Origin: Terriglobia bacterium
GTDB lineage: Bacteria > Acidobacteriota > Terriglobia > Acidiferrales > UBA7541
Assembly: GCA_041497955.1 (NCBI GenBank)
Contig: JBGQHO010000007.1
Location: 15,691-79,690, forward strand
Reading direction: 5' to 3'
Length of the DNA stretch: 64,000 nucleotides
Shown here in pieces: positions 27,825 to 36,864 of this stretch (positions within the stretch are counted from its first letter, which is position 1; each line of letters starts with the position of its first letter). A program made the position numbers and the translations under genes. The notes under the pieces are model-generated. The model searched no databases. It was not told where the DNA came from and worked only from the letters and a program-made list of their open reading frames with translations.

Positions 27825-29110
27825 TGGCCAGCCCGGATTCGCGAGGTACCCTTCGAGGCGCTGGCCTTGCGCGAGGAATCTGAGCCGGCCAGCGGCAACG
27901 TGAACCACACGAGCGTCCCGCGCCCATCCGCTCCGGTCCCCAAGCTGATCTGCCCACCCATCATCTCCACCAGCTTGCGCGAAATCGCCAGGCCCAGCCC
28001 GGTGCCCTCGTAGCGGCGCCCCTTGACGTCTGTGGTGGCCTGGACGAACTTCTCAAAGACAATTACGCGTTGCTCGGCCGGGATGCCCACGCCGGTGTCT
28101 TCCACTTCCAACCGCAGGAAGCCGCTCACATTATCTACGCCGGCGCGCACGGTGACCAAGCCCTGCGCCGTGAACTTGACCGCATTGGAGAGCAGGTTCA
28201 GCAGCACTTCCCGGAAACGCACCTCGTCGGCCTCGACGAGCGGAAGCGCCGTACCGAGCGTGGCATCGCGCAGCTTCAGGTTCTTCGATGCCGCCTGCAC
28301 CGCCGCGAGCGGCAGCGTGGAGTCGAGCACGTGCCGCGGGTCCACCTCTTCAATATGCAGCGCCATTTGCCCGGCTTCGATGCGTGCGATATCCAACAGG
28401 TCGTTGACGATGCTCAGCAGGTGCTGGCCGCTCGAAAACGCGTCGCGCAGCAGCTCGTGCTCCTCGCCGCGATCCTTGCCCAATCCGTCGAGAATAAGTT
28501 TGATGAAGCCGAGGATTGAATTGAGCGGCGTGCGCAGCTCGTGGGAAATGTGCGCGACGAATTCGTCTTTCACGCGGCTGGCGTGCGCCAGCTCCTGGTT
28601 GGCGCGCTCGAGCTGCTCGTTCAACCGGCGAAGGTTCTCGAGCGTCGCGTGCATGTAGGACTCGCACATCAGGTTCAGGTCGAGGTCGAGAGCCCGGCTG
28701 AGCGAGCGCGTGTACCGCAGGCGCTCGTCGCTCGCGGGAAATTCCAGCAACAGGCATTCCGAGAGGTACGCGCGGACAACGCCCATCGCGCTGATCACGT
28801 ATTTTTGCTCGAGGCCGATGCGCACGTGGCGGTACCCGATCTGGTAGCGCTCCTCCGCGTAGGCTTCGTCGTACGCACCATTGAAAAGCCCGCGCGCCCA
28901 GTGCTGCAGCGTCTGCTTGAGCCGTGCGATCTGCGCCTCACCGCCGGTGAATACACGGAAGGCGTTGGGGTGATGCGGGATCTGCGAGTAGAAGCGCTCG
29001 GCCAGCTCAGGTAGATATTTGTCCATGCGCGGGCTGAGCTGACGCAGCAGTTGTTCGTCGGCTTCGTGGAAGCCGAGATAGCGCTTCATCTCCTGGATAA
29101 AGGTTTCCAA
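27821..29110 (-). CDS. Globin-coupled sensor histidine kinase (GcHK type)
   Basis: N-terminal sensor-globin domain (LGF.EAD...L......Y.PELAERFY...P....F; ERYQIGYRHVRIGLEQKYVISAMG) with candidate distal Tyr41 and proximal His95. Followed by HisKA (HISHELRTPLNSILGF) and HATPase_c (N, G1, G2 boxes). Confidence 0.8.
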   Translation of the reverse strand: METFIQEMKRYLGFHEADEQLLRQLSPRMDKYLPELAERFYSQIPHHPNAFRVFTGGEAQIARLKQTLQHWARGLFNGAYDEAYAEERYQIGYRHVRIGLEQKYVISAMGVVRAYLSECLLLEFPASDERLRYTRSLSRALDLDLNLMCESYMHATLENLRRLNEQLERANQELAHASRVKDEFVAHISHELRTPLNSILGFIKLILDGLGKDRGEEHELLRDAFSSGQHLLSIVNDLLDIARIEAGQMALHIEEVDPRHVLDSTLPLAAVQAASKNLKLRDATLGTALPLVEADEVRFREVLLNLLSNAVKFTAQGLVTVRAGVDNVSGFLRLEVEDTGVGIPAEQRVIVFEKFVQATTDVKGRRYEGTGLGLAISRKLVEMMGGQISLGTGADGRGTLVWFTLPLAGSDSSRKASASKGTSRIRAGQ

Positions 29111-29174
29111 ACAGACCTCGCTGCTCGCCGAAGCGATCGCCGTGGGCGCAGCTTGTTGCCCGCCGGAAGAAAGA

Positions 29175-29186
29175 CGATAATTATCG
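29175..29186. promoter_or_regulatory. 12-bp AT-rich perfect palindrome CGATAATTATCG in the divergent kinase-kinase intergenic region
   Basis: The only AT-rich element in the 80-bp spacer. Reads GATAAT (-10-like) on both strands. 5 nt upstream of the ATG at 29191 and about 65 nt upstream of the globin-kinase start. Confidence 0.25.
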
Positions 29187-29190
29187 TAGC

Positions 29191-30312
29191 ATGGGTGTCA
29201 GAATTTCGGCCGCAACCGGGCCCGCGGACGAACGTGCCGCGCACGCTTCTATTGCTCCCGGCTGGCGGGCGAAAGCGCTCTTGCCCGTCGGCGGCGTTCT
29301 TCTCGGGGGCCTGCTCGTCTTCATTTGGGTGACGCTTTCCTTCGAACAATCCCAACGGCATGCCGTCATCCTGGTGGCCGCCGCCGGAGCGGTCGCGATC
29401 GGGGCCGTCCTGCTGCTTGTGCTGGCCGTGCTGATCCAGCGCCCGCTCGTCGAGCTGCAAAAGAAGATTGCTCAGGTGCGCGCCGGTGATTTCTCCGTGA
29501 GCGTTAGCTTTGCCGGCCGCAGAGATGAAATCGGCGAACTGGGCCGCAACTTCAACGCTATGGTGCGCGAGTTGCGCGAGACCCGCGAGGAGCTGCAGCG
29601 CCTCCACCGCACGCAGATGTCCCGCGCCGAGCACCTGGCCACGCTTGGAGAGCTGGCCGCGGGCCTGGCGCACGAAATCCGCAACCCGCTCGCTGGCGTG
29701 GCTGGCGTGATTGACGTCATCGGTCGGGAGCTCCCTGAAGGCAGCCCCAACCGAGAGATCCTGAAAGAAGTGCAGGGCGAGGTACTGCACATCAAGCAGA
29801 TTCTCTCCGAACTGCTGGACTACGCGCGCCCCAAGCCGCCCAACTTCCAGCCGGCCGATCTGAACGCCACCGCCGAACACGCGGTCGCCCTCGCCCGCCA
29901 GCAGACGCTCTCCCGGCCCATCGAAATCAAGTTGGCGAAAGCGGAAAAGCTTCCCCCCGTCGAACACGACCCCATGCAAATCCAGCAACTCCTTTTGAAC
30001 CTCATGCTCAACGCCATTCAGGCCATCGGTGAGGCAGGGCGCATCGACGTCATCGTGGAGTCGCGCAGCGGCTTCGCGGCCATCACCGTGAGCGACACGG
30101 GCCGCGGCATTGCGCCCGAACATCTGCCGAACATCTTCCGCCCCTTCTTCACGACGAAGGGGCAAGGAACCGGGCTGGGGCTCTCGCTTGCCCGGCGAAT
30201 CGCCGAAGACCACGGCGGGCGGATCGAAGTCATCAGCCAGCTCGGCGCGGGCGCCCGGTTCACGCTGTTGTTGCCGATGGAGAAGGCGCTCTCTCCGATC
30301 GAACATCCGTAG
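29191..30312 (+). CDS. HAMP-domain sensor histidine kinase (NtrB/AtoS-like) with a minimal periplasmic loop
   Basis: Two TM helices separated by about 10 residues. HAMP (RPLVELQKKIAQVRAGDFSV...DEIGELGRNFNAMV), H-box LAAGLAHEIRNPL and HATPase_c boxes. Confidence 0.85.
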   Translation: MGVRISAATGPADERAAHASIAPGWRAKALLPVGGVLLGGLLVFIWVTLSFEQSQRHAVILVAAAGAVAIGAVLLLVLAVLIQRPLVELQKKIAQVRAGDFSVSVSFAGRRDEIGELGRNFNAMVRELRETREELQRLHRTQMSRAEHLATLGELAAGLAHEIRNPLAGVAGVIDVIGRELPEGSPNREILKEVQGEVLHIKQILSELLDYARPKPPNFQPADLNATAEHAVALARQQTLSRPIEIKLAKAEKLPPVEHDPMQIQQLLLNLMLNAIQAIGEAGRIDVIVESRSGFAAITVSDTGRGIAPEHLPNIFRPFFTTKGQGTGLGLSLARRIAEDHGGRIEVISQLGAGARFTLLLPMEKALSPIEHP

Positions 30313-30326
30313 TAAAGTGATCTCAA

Positions 30327-31787
30327 ATGGCGCACGCGAAAATCCTTATCGTGGACGACGAAAAGCTGGTGCGGTGGTCCCTGCGCCAGAAGTGCCAGGA
30401 ATGGGGCTACCAGGTTGTGGAGGCCGAAGCCGGCGAGCCGGGCTTGCGCCTGGCGCAGGAGGAATCGCCCGATCTGATCCTGCTGGACGTGCGCCTGCCC
30501 GACCTGAGCGGCCTCGAGGTGCTCGAAAAGCTCAAACAATCTGGCGAAGTGCCTCCCGTGATCATGATCACCGCCGACCCTCAGCTCGACGACGCGAAAG
30601 CTGCCCTGAAGCTCGGCGCCTATGACTTTGTCGGCAAGCCGCTCGACTTCGACGAGCTCCGCGTCACCATCCAGAACGCGCTCGAGGCCACGCGCCTGCG
30701 CACCGAGGTGGAATCGCTGCGCGGTGAGGTGCGGCGCCGCACCGGCTACCACGATGTCGTGGGCGTCTCGCGGAAGATCACCGAGCTGATGAACTTCGTC
30801 CGCAAGGTCGCGGCGAGCGAAGCCAGCACCATCCTGATCCAGGGTGAAAGCGGCACGGGCAAAGACCTCATCGCCAAGGCCATCCACTATCAGAGCTCGC
30901 GGCAGGAGAAGCCCTTCGTCGCCATCAACGCCTCCGCCATTCCCGAAACGCTGATGGAAGCCGAACTCTTCGGCCACGAGAAAGGCGCGTTCACCGACGC
31001 CAAGGCCATGAAGAAAGGCCTATTTGAAGTGGCCGACGGCGGCACGCTCTTCTTGGATGAGATTGGCGAGCTCTCACCTTTTCTGCAGGCCAAGCTGCTG
31101 CGTGTGCTGGAAGACCAGATCATCCGGCGCGTCGGCGGCGTGCGCGACATCCAGGTGAACGTGCGCGTCATCGCGGCGTCGAACCGCGACCTCGAGCGCG
31201 CCGTGCGCGAGAACCAGTTTCGCCAGGATCTCTACTATCGCCTGGCCATCATTTCGATTTTCATTCCGCCCCTGCGCGAGCGCAAAGAAGACATTCTGCC
31301 GCTCGTGGACTTCTTCGTAGATCACTACAACCGTAGGTTCCGCAAGTCCATCCGGGGGGTCAGCGATGAGACGCGCCGCCTGCTGCTCAACTGCGACTGG
31401 CCCGGCAACGTGCGCGAGCTCAAGAACGCCATCGAGCGCGCGATGATTCTGGAAGAAGAAACGCTGCTGCGGCCGAACTATCTGCCCTTTGCCGTCTCGC
31501 AGCCCCACGCGAGCGTCACCGCGTTCGAGCACGCCTCGTCACCCCCCGTCGGAGGCAAGCCCCTGCCCAACGGGCGCTGGCTGCCGCCGCTCGCCATCCC
31601 GGAAGGCGGCACATCGCTCGAAGAGGTTGAGCGCGCGCTCGTGGAGCTTGCGCTGCGCCAGGCCGATGGCAACCAGACGCACGCTGCCCGCCTACTCGAT
31701 ATCAGCCGTGACGCCTTGCGCTATAAAATGAAAAAATTCGGCCTGATGCACGCCGAAGAAGAAACGACCCCTCAGATCGATTCGTAG
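30327..31787 (+). CDS. Sigma-54-dependent Fis-family response regulator (NtrC-type)
   Basis: Receiver (ILIVDDE, LILLDVRLPD), AAA+ sigma-54 interaction domain (GESGTGKDLIAKAIH, GAFTDA, ELFGHEKGAFT) and C-terminal Fis HTH (THAARLLDISRDALRYKMKKFGL). Confidence 0.9.
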   Translation: MAHAKILIVDDEKLVRWSLRQKCQEWGYQVVEAEAGEPGLRLAQEESPDLILLDVRLPDLSGLEVLEKLKQSGEVPPVIMITADPQLDDAKAALKLGAYDFVGKPLDFDELRVTIQNALEATRLRTEVESLRGEVRRRTGYHDVVGVSRKITELMNFVRKVAASEASTILIQGESGTGKDLIAKAIHYQSSRQEKPFVAINASAIPETLMEAELFGHEKGAFTDAKAMKKGLFEVADGGTLFLDEIGELSPFLQAKLLRVLEDQIIRRVGGVRDIQVNVRVIAASNRDLERAVRENQFRQDLYYRLAIISIFIPPLRERKEDILPLVDFFVDHYNRRFRKSIRGVSDETRRLLLNCDWPGNVRELKNAIERAMILEEETLLRPNYLPFAVSQPHASVTAFEHASSPPVGGKPLPNGRWLPPLAIPEGGTSLEEVERALVELALRQADGNQTHAARLLDISRDALRYKMKKFGLMHAEEETTPQIDS

Positions 31788-31851
31788 TCCGAAGCAGGTA
31801 GAGCCGGGCCTCCGGCTCGCGCACCCTTGAGGATGTACTTTCGAGTCGAGA

Positions 31852-32226
31852 TTAGCGCGGAGCTGCCAACTCCGCTTCCAGGCGCACCACGGTCCGCTTC
31901 AGCCACTCGAGCACAGCAGCCTGCAGTTTGTTCGGGTCGCCTTCGCGCTCGAGCGACTCGATCGTGTCACCGCGGTCGTTCAGCGGAATCTTATGGCAGA
32001 GGTCGCCTTCGCTGTTGCGCACCTCGGGCGGCACGAATTCAATCAAGAAGCAGTGCGCACACGGCTCCCGCTTTTCCTCCAGTCCCATGTTCAGACAAGA
32101 AACGGAGTCGCGGAAGGTGCGCGGCTTGGCCTGAGGGTCGCGCGGCGACGGGTAGTAGCCACCACTTTCGATGACTCGGATCTCCAGTCTCAGGGCGTCG
32201 ATCATTTCCTTCTTGTCGAAGTTCAC
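31852..32226 (-). CDS. Hypothetical Cys/His-containing protein
   Basis: 124-aa ORF with non-shadow composition. Contains C44, CAHC (56-59) and CH (77-78). No family recognised. Confidence 0.45.
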   Translation of the reverse strand: MNFDKKEMIDALRLEIRVIESGGYYPSPRDPQAKPRTFRDSVSCLNMGLEEKREPCAHCFLIEFVPPEVRNSEGDLCHKIPLNDRGDTIESLEREGDPNKLQAAVLEWLKRTVVRLEAELAAPR

Positions 32227-32431
32227 GGACGTTCTCCCTCCAAGCAGCGCGGCGTCAGTATTCTCCCGGAAGTTTTGGAGCTGCGCAAGTAAAGAAGAGC
32301 AGTTGACGAACCACTTGTAGACGATTGGAAACAGGCTGTTTACCCCAAGGCGATCCGTCGGCGAAGGCCGGCCTGCGAGATTTGCCGCAGTGTTCGATCG
32401 AGCGCGAGGCCATGGATTTCCGGTTCTGCGG

Positions 32432-33058
32432 CTAGCTCTTCTGTTTCCGCGCCTTCTCGATCAAGTCGAGCACGCGCTGCTTTTCCGGATACTGCGGGTT
32501 CGTCTTCAGCAGCTTTTCCCAGGTGGCGATGGCCGCGCCGTAGTCCTTGAGCCCTTCTGACTGCACGATGGCCAGATTGAAGAGCGTGTTCGGATGCGTG
32601 GGTTCGGTGGCAAGGGATTTCTCGTACTCGGCCACCGCCTTCTGCGGGAAGCCGGAATACCAGAAGGCCGTGCCGAGGTCCGTGCGCACGTTCACCTGGT
32701 TCGGCCGCACTGCGAGAGCGCGCGTGTAATACTCGATCGCTTCGGGATAAATCTGGTGATCGTAGTAGAGGTTGCCGAGCTGCGTCAGCGTTTCGAAATT
32801 CTTGGGGTCGGCTTTGAGCGCGGCGAGCAGCGGGGCCGCCAGCGGCTGCAGCGACTCGGCCGACGGCATCGAGCTTGCGGCGCTCGGCGCAGCTCCGCCG
32901 GAGCCGCTCGAAGCGAGCGAGGCGGACATCGGCGCGATGGGCGCTGAGCCATGCAGGATGTAGCCCGCCACCAGGCCGACCGTCAGGCAGACCAGAGCCA
33001 GCAGATAAGCCTCACGATTGGTCCACGTGCCGGCGGGGCGGCTGCTTTCGTTCGCCAT
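32432..33058 (-). CDS. Membrane-anchored TPR-repeat protein
   Basis: Start at ATG 33058, 1 nt after the hemA stop. One TM helix (AYLLALVCLTVGLVAGYIL), a Ser/Ala-rich linker, then three or more TPR units (LGNLYYDHQIYPEAIEYYTRAL, LGTAFWYSGFPQKAVAEYEKSL, ...). The longer 395-aa ORF is an artefactual extension into hemA. Confidence 0.8.
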   Translation of the reverse strand: MANESSRPAGTWTNREAYLLALVCLTVGLVAGYILHGSAPIAPMSASLASSGSGGAAPSAASSMPSAESLQPLAAPLLAALKADPKNFETLTQLGNLYYDHQIYPEAIEYYTRALAVRPNQVNVRTDLGTAFWYSGFPQKAVAEYEKSLATEPTHPNTLFNLAIVQSEGLKDYGAAIATWEKLLKTNPQYPEKQRVLDLIEKARKQKS

Positions 33059-33059
33059 A

Positions 33060-34478
33060 TCAATCTCCTCCTGCCGTGCAACTTGCGAAAATCCCTTCAG
33101 GGCCTTCACGCTCGCTGTTTTCTTCCGCGGAAGCTCCGGTGTGAACGCCCAGGAGTCGCGCCAGAAGCGCGGCGAGATGATCTCGGTCAGGCCTTGTCTG
33201 TGCTTGCTTGAGCTCGTGCGCGACCTGGCCGGCAATGCGCTCGAGCAGAAGCGCGCTGAACGCCACGAGCGCTTTCTGCTGCGCGTCCCCGAGCGGGCCC
33301 GCTTCGGCCAGGTAACGCTCCAGCTCCTGCGAGCGGATTTCTTCCAGCCGCTCGCGGAATGCGCGGATCGCCGGAACCACGCGCTCGGCTTCAAGCTTCG
33401 GCGCGAAGCCGCGCGCTTCGCGGGCCACGAGTTGCTCTGCTTCTGCGGCAGCCGCAGCGCGCCCGTTCCGGTTCCGTTCTGCCACGCGCCCCAGATCATC
33501 AATGTCATAAAGAAACACGCCGGAAATCTCGCGCACGGCCGGGTCCACGTCACGGGGTACAGCGATGTCAATGAACAGCACAGGTCGGCCGCGGCGCTGC
33601 TCGTGCAGCCGCTGGGCATCGGCCTTGTTCACGATGGTGTGCGGGCAGCCGGTCGAGCTGATCACGATGTCGGCGTTCGAAAGATGCTGCTGCCACTCTG
33701 CAAATGGGACCGGAGTGGCTCCGAGCTTCCTGGCCAGATCCTGCGCGTGTTCCGCGGTGCGGCTGGCCACCCAGATTTGGCTCGCGCCGCTCTTGCGCAG
33801 ATAGCGCGCGGCGGTCTCGCCCATCTTCCCCGCGCCCAGCACAAGCACCGCGCGCCCCTCGAGCGAGCCGAAGACGTGCCTAGCCAGCCCGACGGCCACG
33901 TGCGGCACCGAAACCGGCGACGCGCCGATTTCAGTTTCATTGCGCACGCGCTTCGAGACGTTCAGCGCCTTCTGGAAGACCGTGTCCAGGAAATGTCCGC
34001 ACGCACCGGCCTTTTGCGCCTTGGCCCACGCGGACTTCACCTGACTCGTGATGTCAGACTCGCCGAGCACCATCGAATCGAGGCTCGCCGCCACGCGGAA
34101 CACGTGCAGGAGCGCATCCTGGCCGCGCAGGGAGTAGAAGTGCTCCCAATCCGCGGGAGTCATTGCGTATTCACGGGCCAGGAATTCGCGGACAGCTGCG
34201 AGCGCTCCGATCGGGTCCGACGCCCACAAGATGTATTCCGTGCGGTTGCAGGTGGAGAGAAGGATGACTTCTTCGACGGCGCGGCAGCCGGAGAGCTGGC
34301 GCAGCGCTTCGTACAGGCGACCCTCGCTTACCGAGAATCTCTCGCGCGTTTGGACAGGTGCGGTGCGATGGTTCAGGCCAATGACAACGAGCGCGGTGTC
34401 CAAGGCATAGCCCTCACTAGGTTGCGGAGGTTCAAGGGCACCCGGGATGCCAAAATTCGGAGCCCGTACGGCACACAT
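33060..34478 (-). CDS. hemA: Glutamyl-tRNA reductase
   Basis: LVVIGLNHRTAPV..RE, STCNRTE active-site Cys motif and NAD-binding LVLGAGKMGE. Start placed at Met48 (ATG 34478), preceded by GGAGGGAG; Met44 (34490) is possible. Confidence 0.9.
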   Translation of the reverse strand: MCAVRAPNFGIPGALEPPQPSEGYALDTALVVIGLNHRTAPVQTRERFSVSEGRLYEALRQLSGCRAVEEVILLSTCNRTEYILWASDPIGALAAVREFLAREYAMTPADWEHFYSLRGQDALLHVFRVAASLDSMVLGESDITSQVKSAWAKAQKAGACGHFLDTVFQKALNVSKRVRNETEIGASPVSVPHVAVGLARHVFGSLEGRAVLVLGAGKMGETAARYLRKSGASQIWVASRTAEHAQDLARKLGATPVPFAEWQQHLSNADIVISSTGCPHTIVNKADAQRLHEQRRGRPVLFIDIAVPRDVDPAVREISGVFLYDIDDLGRVAERNRNGRAAAAAEAEQLVAREARGFAPKLEAERVVPAIRAFRERLEEIRSQELERYLAEAGPLGDAQQKALVAFSALLLERIAGQVAHELKQAQTRPDRDHLAALLARLLGVHTGASAEENSEREGPEGIFASCTAGGD

Positions 34479-34871
34479 AACTCCCTCCATTGTTAAGAGT
34501 TCCGGGCGGGGCACGCGCGGAAGACCCCTGTCGGGAAAGCCCGTTTGGGCGATATTCCCCGACCCCGAGGGGCATATAACGCTGCAAAACGCATCACGAT
34601 GCGAAGGTCGCCAAGCCAATTGCTTCGCTGCCGAAAATGGACCGGTTGCTGAGCGAGATCTCCGCCGTCAAGTCTTGAGCGAGGAGCCGCAAGGGCCGCG
34701 AAAAGGCTCACGGCTTGGGGAAAATGGCTCAGCGACGCCGTTCCAGCCCGGCCCAGCGGACAGAGTGGCCGCCTAAGGTGCGGCGGTACAACGGTTTGCG
34801 GCAGGGGCGTGATTTTGAGCTTTGGCAAGGGTCGTGCCCCTAAGGAGGGGTGGTTAGCATTTTGAGAGGGT

Positions 34872-35449
34872 TAGGTCGGGCGACTGTGAAATACCCCACG
34901 CAAGACGCCGATAGGATGGTTATCGGTAGGCCGAACCAGGGTGGTGTCCGGCATGGGGAATCACTGAGCCCTATCCGCAGGGCTGTGCCTCCTGCAGTCG
35001 CCCGACCTACAAGAGTCTGGCAGCGGCGCGGTATCATGGGAATCCGGACGGAACACTCCGCTCTTCTTCGGACCGGCCAGCCCCTGAATGGGATGCCCCG
35101 GTTGGATTCTGCAGCGCGCCGCTGCCACAATCTTTCTGTTACGTTGACGCAAGACCGAGTTCCAACTGCGGGGCCTTTTGCCGCCCGGGAGCTCTCAGGT
35201 AGTCCCTACCCACCTTTACTCGAAGCCCTGAGCGCTTTCTGCAATCAAAGCCACAGCATTTTCCTCCCAAAACTGATCCTGGGCGGCGAACCCCGTAGTC
35301 TTCAAACAAGTTTGCGTTCTGTTCGAACGGTGCCCCCTCGAGAAGACCCGGACTCGTTCGGCAGGACCCATAGGACTCTTCCCGGGGCGAACGGCGTGGA
35401 TACTAAGCACGGGCGCGGCGATCCACGAACCGGTTGCCCCGGAAGAGTC
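34872..35449. ncRNA. Candidate large structured RNA or nested palindromic element (unclassified; strand unknown)
   Basis: Lies in a 1036-bp gene-free gap. Three long-range helices: 15-bp perfect 34872-34886/34995-35009, 13-bp perfect 35018-35030/35115-35127, and about 13 bp with one bulge 35374-35387/35437-35449. Internal hairpins: CCGATA/TATCGG, AGCCCT/AGGGCT, GTGGAT/ATCCAC. GC content is lower than the flanks. Confidence 0.3.
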
Positions 35450-35514
35450 TGACTTTCGAGCGCTTCTTTTTTCGCTTCCAAGCCCCAAGCACGATCCGCG
35501 CAATTCCTAGAGGT

Positions 35515-36351
35515 ATGGACGCAAACCAAAACGCGCTCTCTCTGCGCATGCCCGCCGAACACGGCGCCTGGGGCGTCACGTTTGCGCCGCTGGCCTGCGC
35601 CGCAATCATCGCCAACCGCTGGAACGTGCCCCTCTTGCTGTGCGCCCTCTGCGCACTCAGCCTGTTCTTGCTGCGCGGCTCGCTCGACCGGCAGTGGCAA
35701 CAATCGAAGGAACTCGCCTGGGGAACGCCGGCTCACCTGAGCCTGGCCGCTGTGGGCGTGATCACCGGCGGGCTGCTCATCTTCTTCTACCGGCGCTATG
35801 AGTTGTGCGGGATTGCCCTTGCGTCTCTCGCGCTTTTCTGGGTGCAACAAGAACTGGTTCGTTCCGGGCTGCGGCGTGAAAAGCGGAGCTTGGCTGCAGA
35901 GCTCGTGGGCGTTGTACTGCTGAGCCTAACCGCACCGGCCGCATGGATTGCCGCGCGGGGCTCGTTATTTGCGGGCTCAAGCGGCGTGACGGGTCTTGCG
36001 GTCTGGCTGCTGAACCTGTTCTTCTTCCTTGGCGGGGTTCTCTACGTGAAGTATCGCGTGCGTGGCCTCCTGGCCCATCGCGAGTTCACTACCGTGCGCG
36101 AGCGGATTGCGTTTGCCTGGCCTGTGTTTCTCTATCATCTGGCGCTGCTCGCGTTTCTGACGAGCTGGGCGCTCTTTGGCTTGCATCGCGCGAGCATCAT
36201 TGCGGCCTTCGTGCCCGGCACCTTGCGTGCGATGGGGCTGCTCGTTTCCCTCGGACGCCGGTTCGCCATCCCGCGGCTCGGCTGGAGCGAGATCCTTCAC
36301 TCAGCGCTGTTTCTGGCGCTGCTGGTCTTTACGATGGGTCTGGCGGCTTGA
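35515..36351 (+). CDS. Polytopic membrane protein, YwiC-like
   Basis: About 8 hydrophobic helices. N-terminal PAEHGAWGV motif resembles the YwiC-like family. Start uncertain (35515 or 35548). Confidence 0.55.
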   Translation: MDANQNALSLRMPAEHGAWGVTFAPLACAAIIANRWNVPLLLCALCALSLFLLRGSLDRQWQQSKELAWGTPAHLSLAAVGVITGGLLIFFYRRYELCGIALASLALFWVQQELVRSGLRREKRSLAAELVGVVLLSLTAPAAWIAARGSLFAGSSGVTGLAVWLLNLFFFLGGVLYVKYRVRGLLAHREFTTVRERIAFAWPVFLYHLALLAFLTSWALFGLHRASIIAAFVPGTLRAMGLLVSLGRRFAIPRLGWSEILHSALFLALLVFTMGLAA

Positions 36352-36372
36352 AGTTGCAGGAAGAGAATCCGT

Positions 36373-36864
36373 TCAGGAAGTGAGGACTTTGGCCGGCTCG
36401 GCGGGGTCAGGCACGGACAGATCCAGATGGAAGTCGCGGGGATCTTCACCGCGCACGAAGCCGAGCGAGTGCACCAGACGAAGCATGGGCAGGTTGTCGT
36501 AATCCGTCGTCCCCCATACGCGGCGCAAGCCCAGGCGCCTGCCCTCTTCGATTGCCGCTTGCAGCAACCGGCGCGCGATCCCTTGTCCGCGAAAATCCTG
36601 GTGAATGAAGACGGCGACTTCCGCGGTATCCAGGCATAGGCAGAGGACAACATGGCCCACGACACGCTCGCCGCTGAGCGCAATGAAATTCGGATACGCC
36701 GAAAGACTCTCGAGCCATCTCTGCGGCTGCCGAGGCGGCAGGCCGAGCGCTGCGGCCTTCGGCTCGAACTCAACGTACATGCGCAGCAACGCGTCGAAAT
36801 CCGCCACAGTTGCCCGGCGGACCTCGACGGCCACCTGCACTTCAACTTGCGCTTCGCCAATCAT
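36373..36864 (-). CDS. GNAT family N-acetyltransferase
   Basis: 163 aa. Acetyl-CoA binding motif HQDFRGQGIARRLL (Q/RxxGxG/A). Confidence 0.85.
   Translation of the reverse strand: MIGEAQVEVQVAVEVRRATVADFDALLRMYVEFEPKAAALGLPPRQPQRWLESLSAYPNFIALSGERVVGHVVLCLCLDTAEVAVFIHQDFRGQGIARRLLQAAIEEGRRLGLRRVWGTTDYDNLPMLRLVHSLGFVRGEDPRDFHLDLSVPDPAEPAKVLTS

Noticed and set aside
29086-30306. 406-aa minus-strand ORF
   Set aside because: It is antisense to the HAMP histidine kinase, which has clear HAMP, HisKA and HATPase motifs on the plus strand.
33059-33619. The upstream extension of the TPR-protein ORF (395-aa version)
   Set aside because: It overlaps the hemA 3' region in another frame and is Ser/Arg-rich. 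The real start at 33058 follows the hemA stop.
34872-35449. Assigning the structured gap to a known RNA family (RNase P, tmRNA, SRP/4.5S, 6S, or the cobalamin, FMN, TPP, glycine, c-di-GMP, ykkC riboswitches)
   Set aside because: I looked on both strands for the signature elements: GGAAAGUCC and ACAGAA..CCGGCUUA, a tRNA-like 3' end with CCA, the GGAA-tetraloop domain IV, the GCCACUG B12 box, CUGAGA, and ACGCAAAGCC. I found only weak partial resemblances, so the family is left unassigned.
34850-35452. 200-aa plus-strand ORF (and the 96-, 95- and 111-aa ORFs) inside the 1-kb gap
   Set aside because: The translations are Arg/Pro/Gly-rich with no coding-like periodicity. The AGGAGG-like sequence sits only 1 nt from the GTG. 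The span coincides with the inverted-repeat helices, which favours an RNA or structural role over coding.
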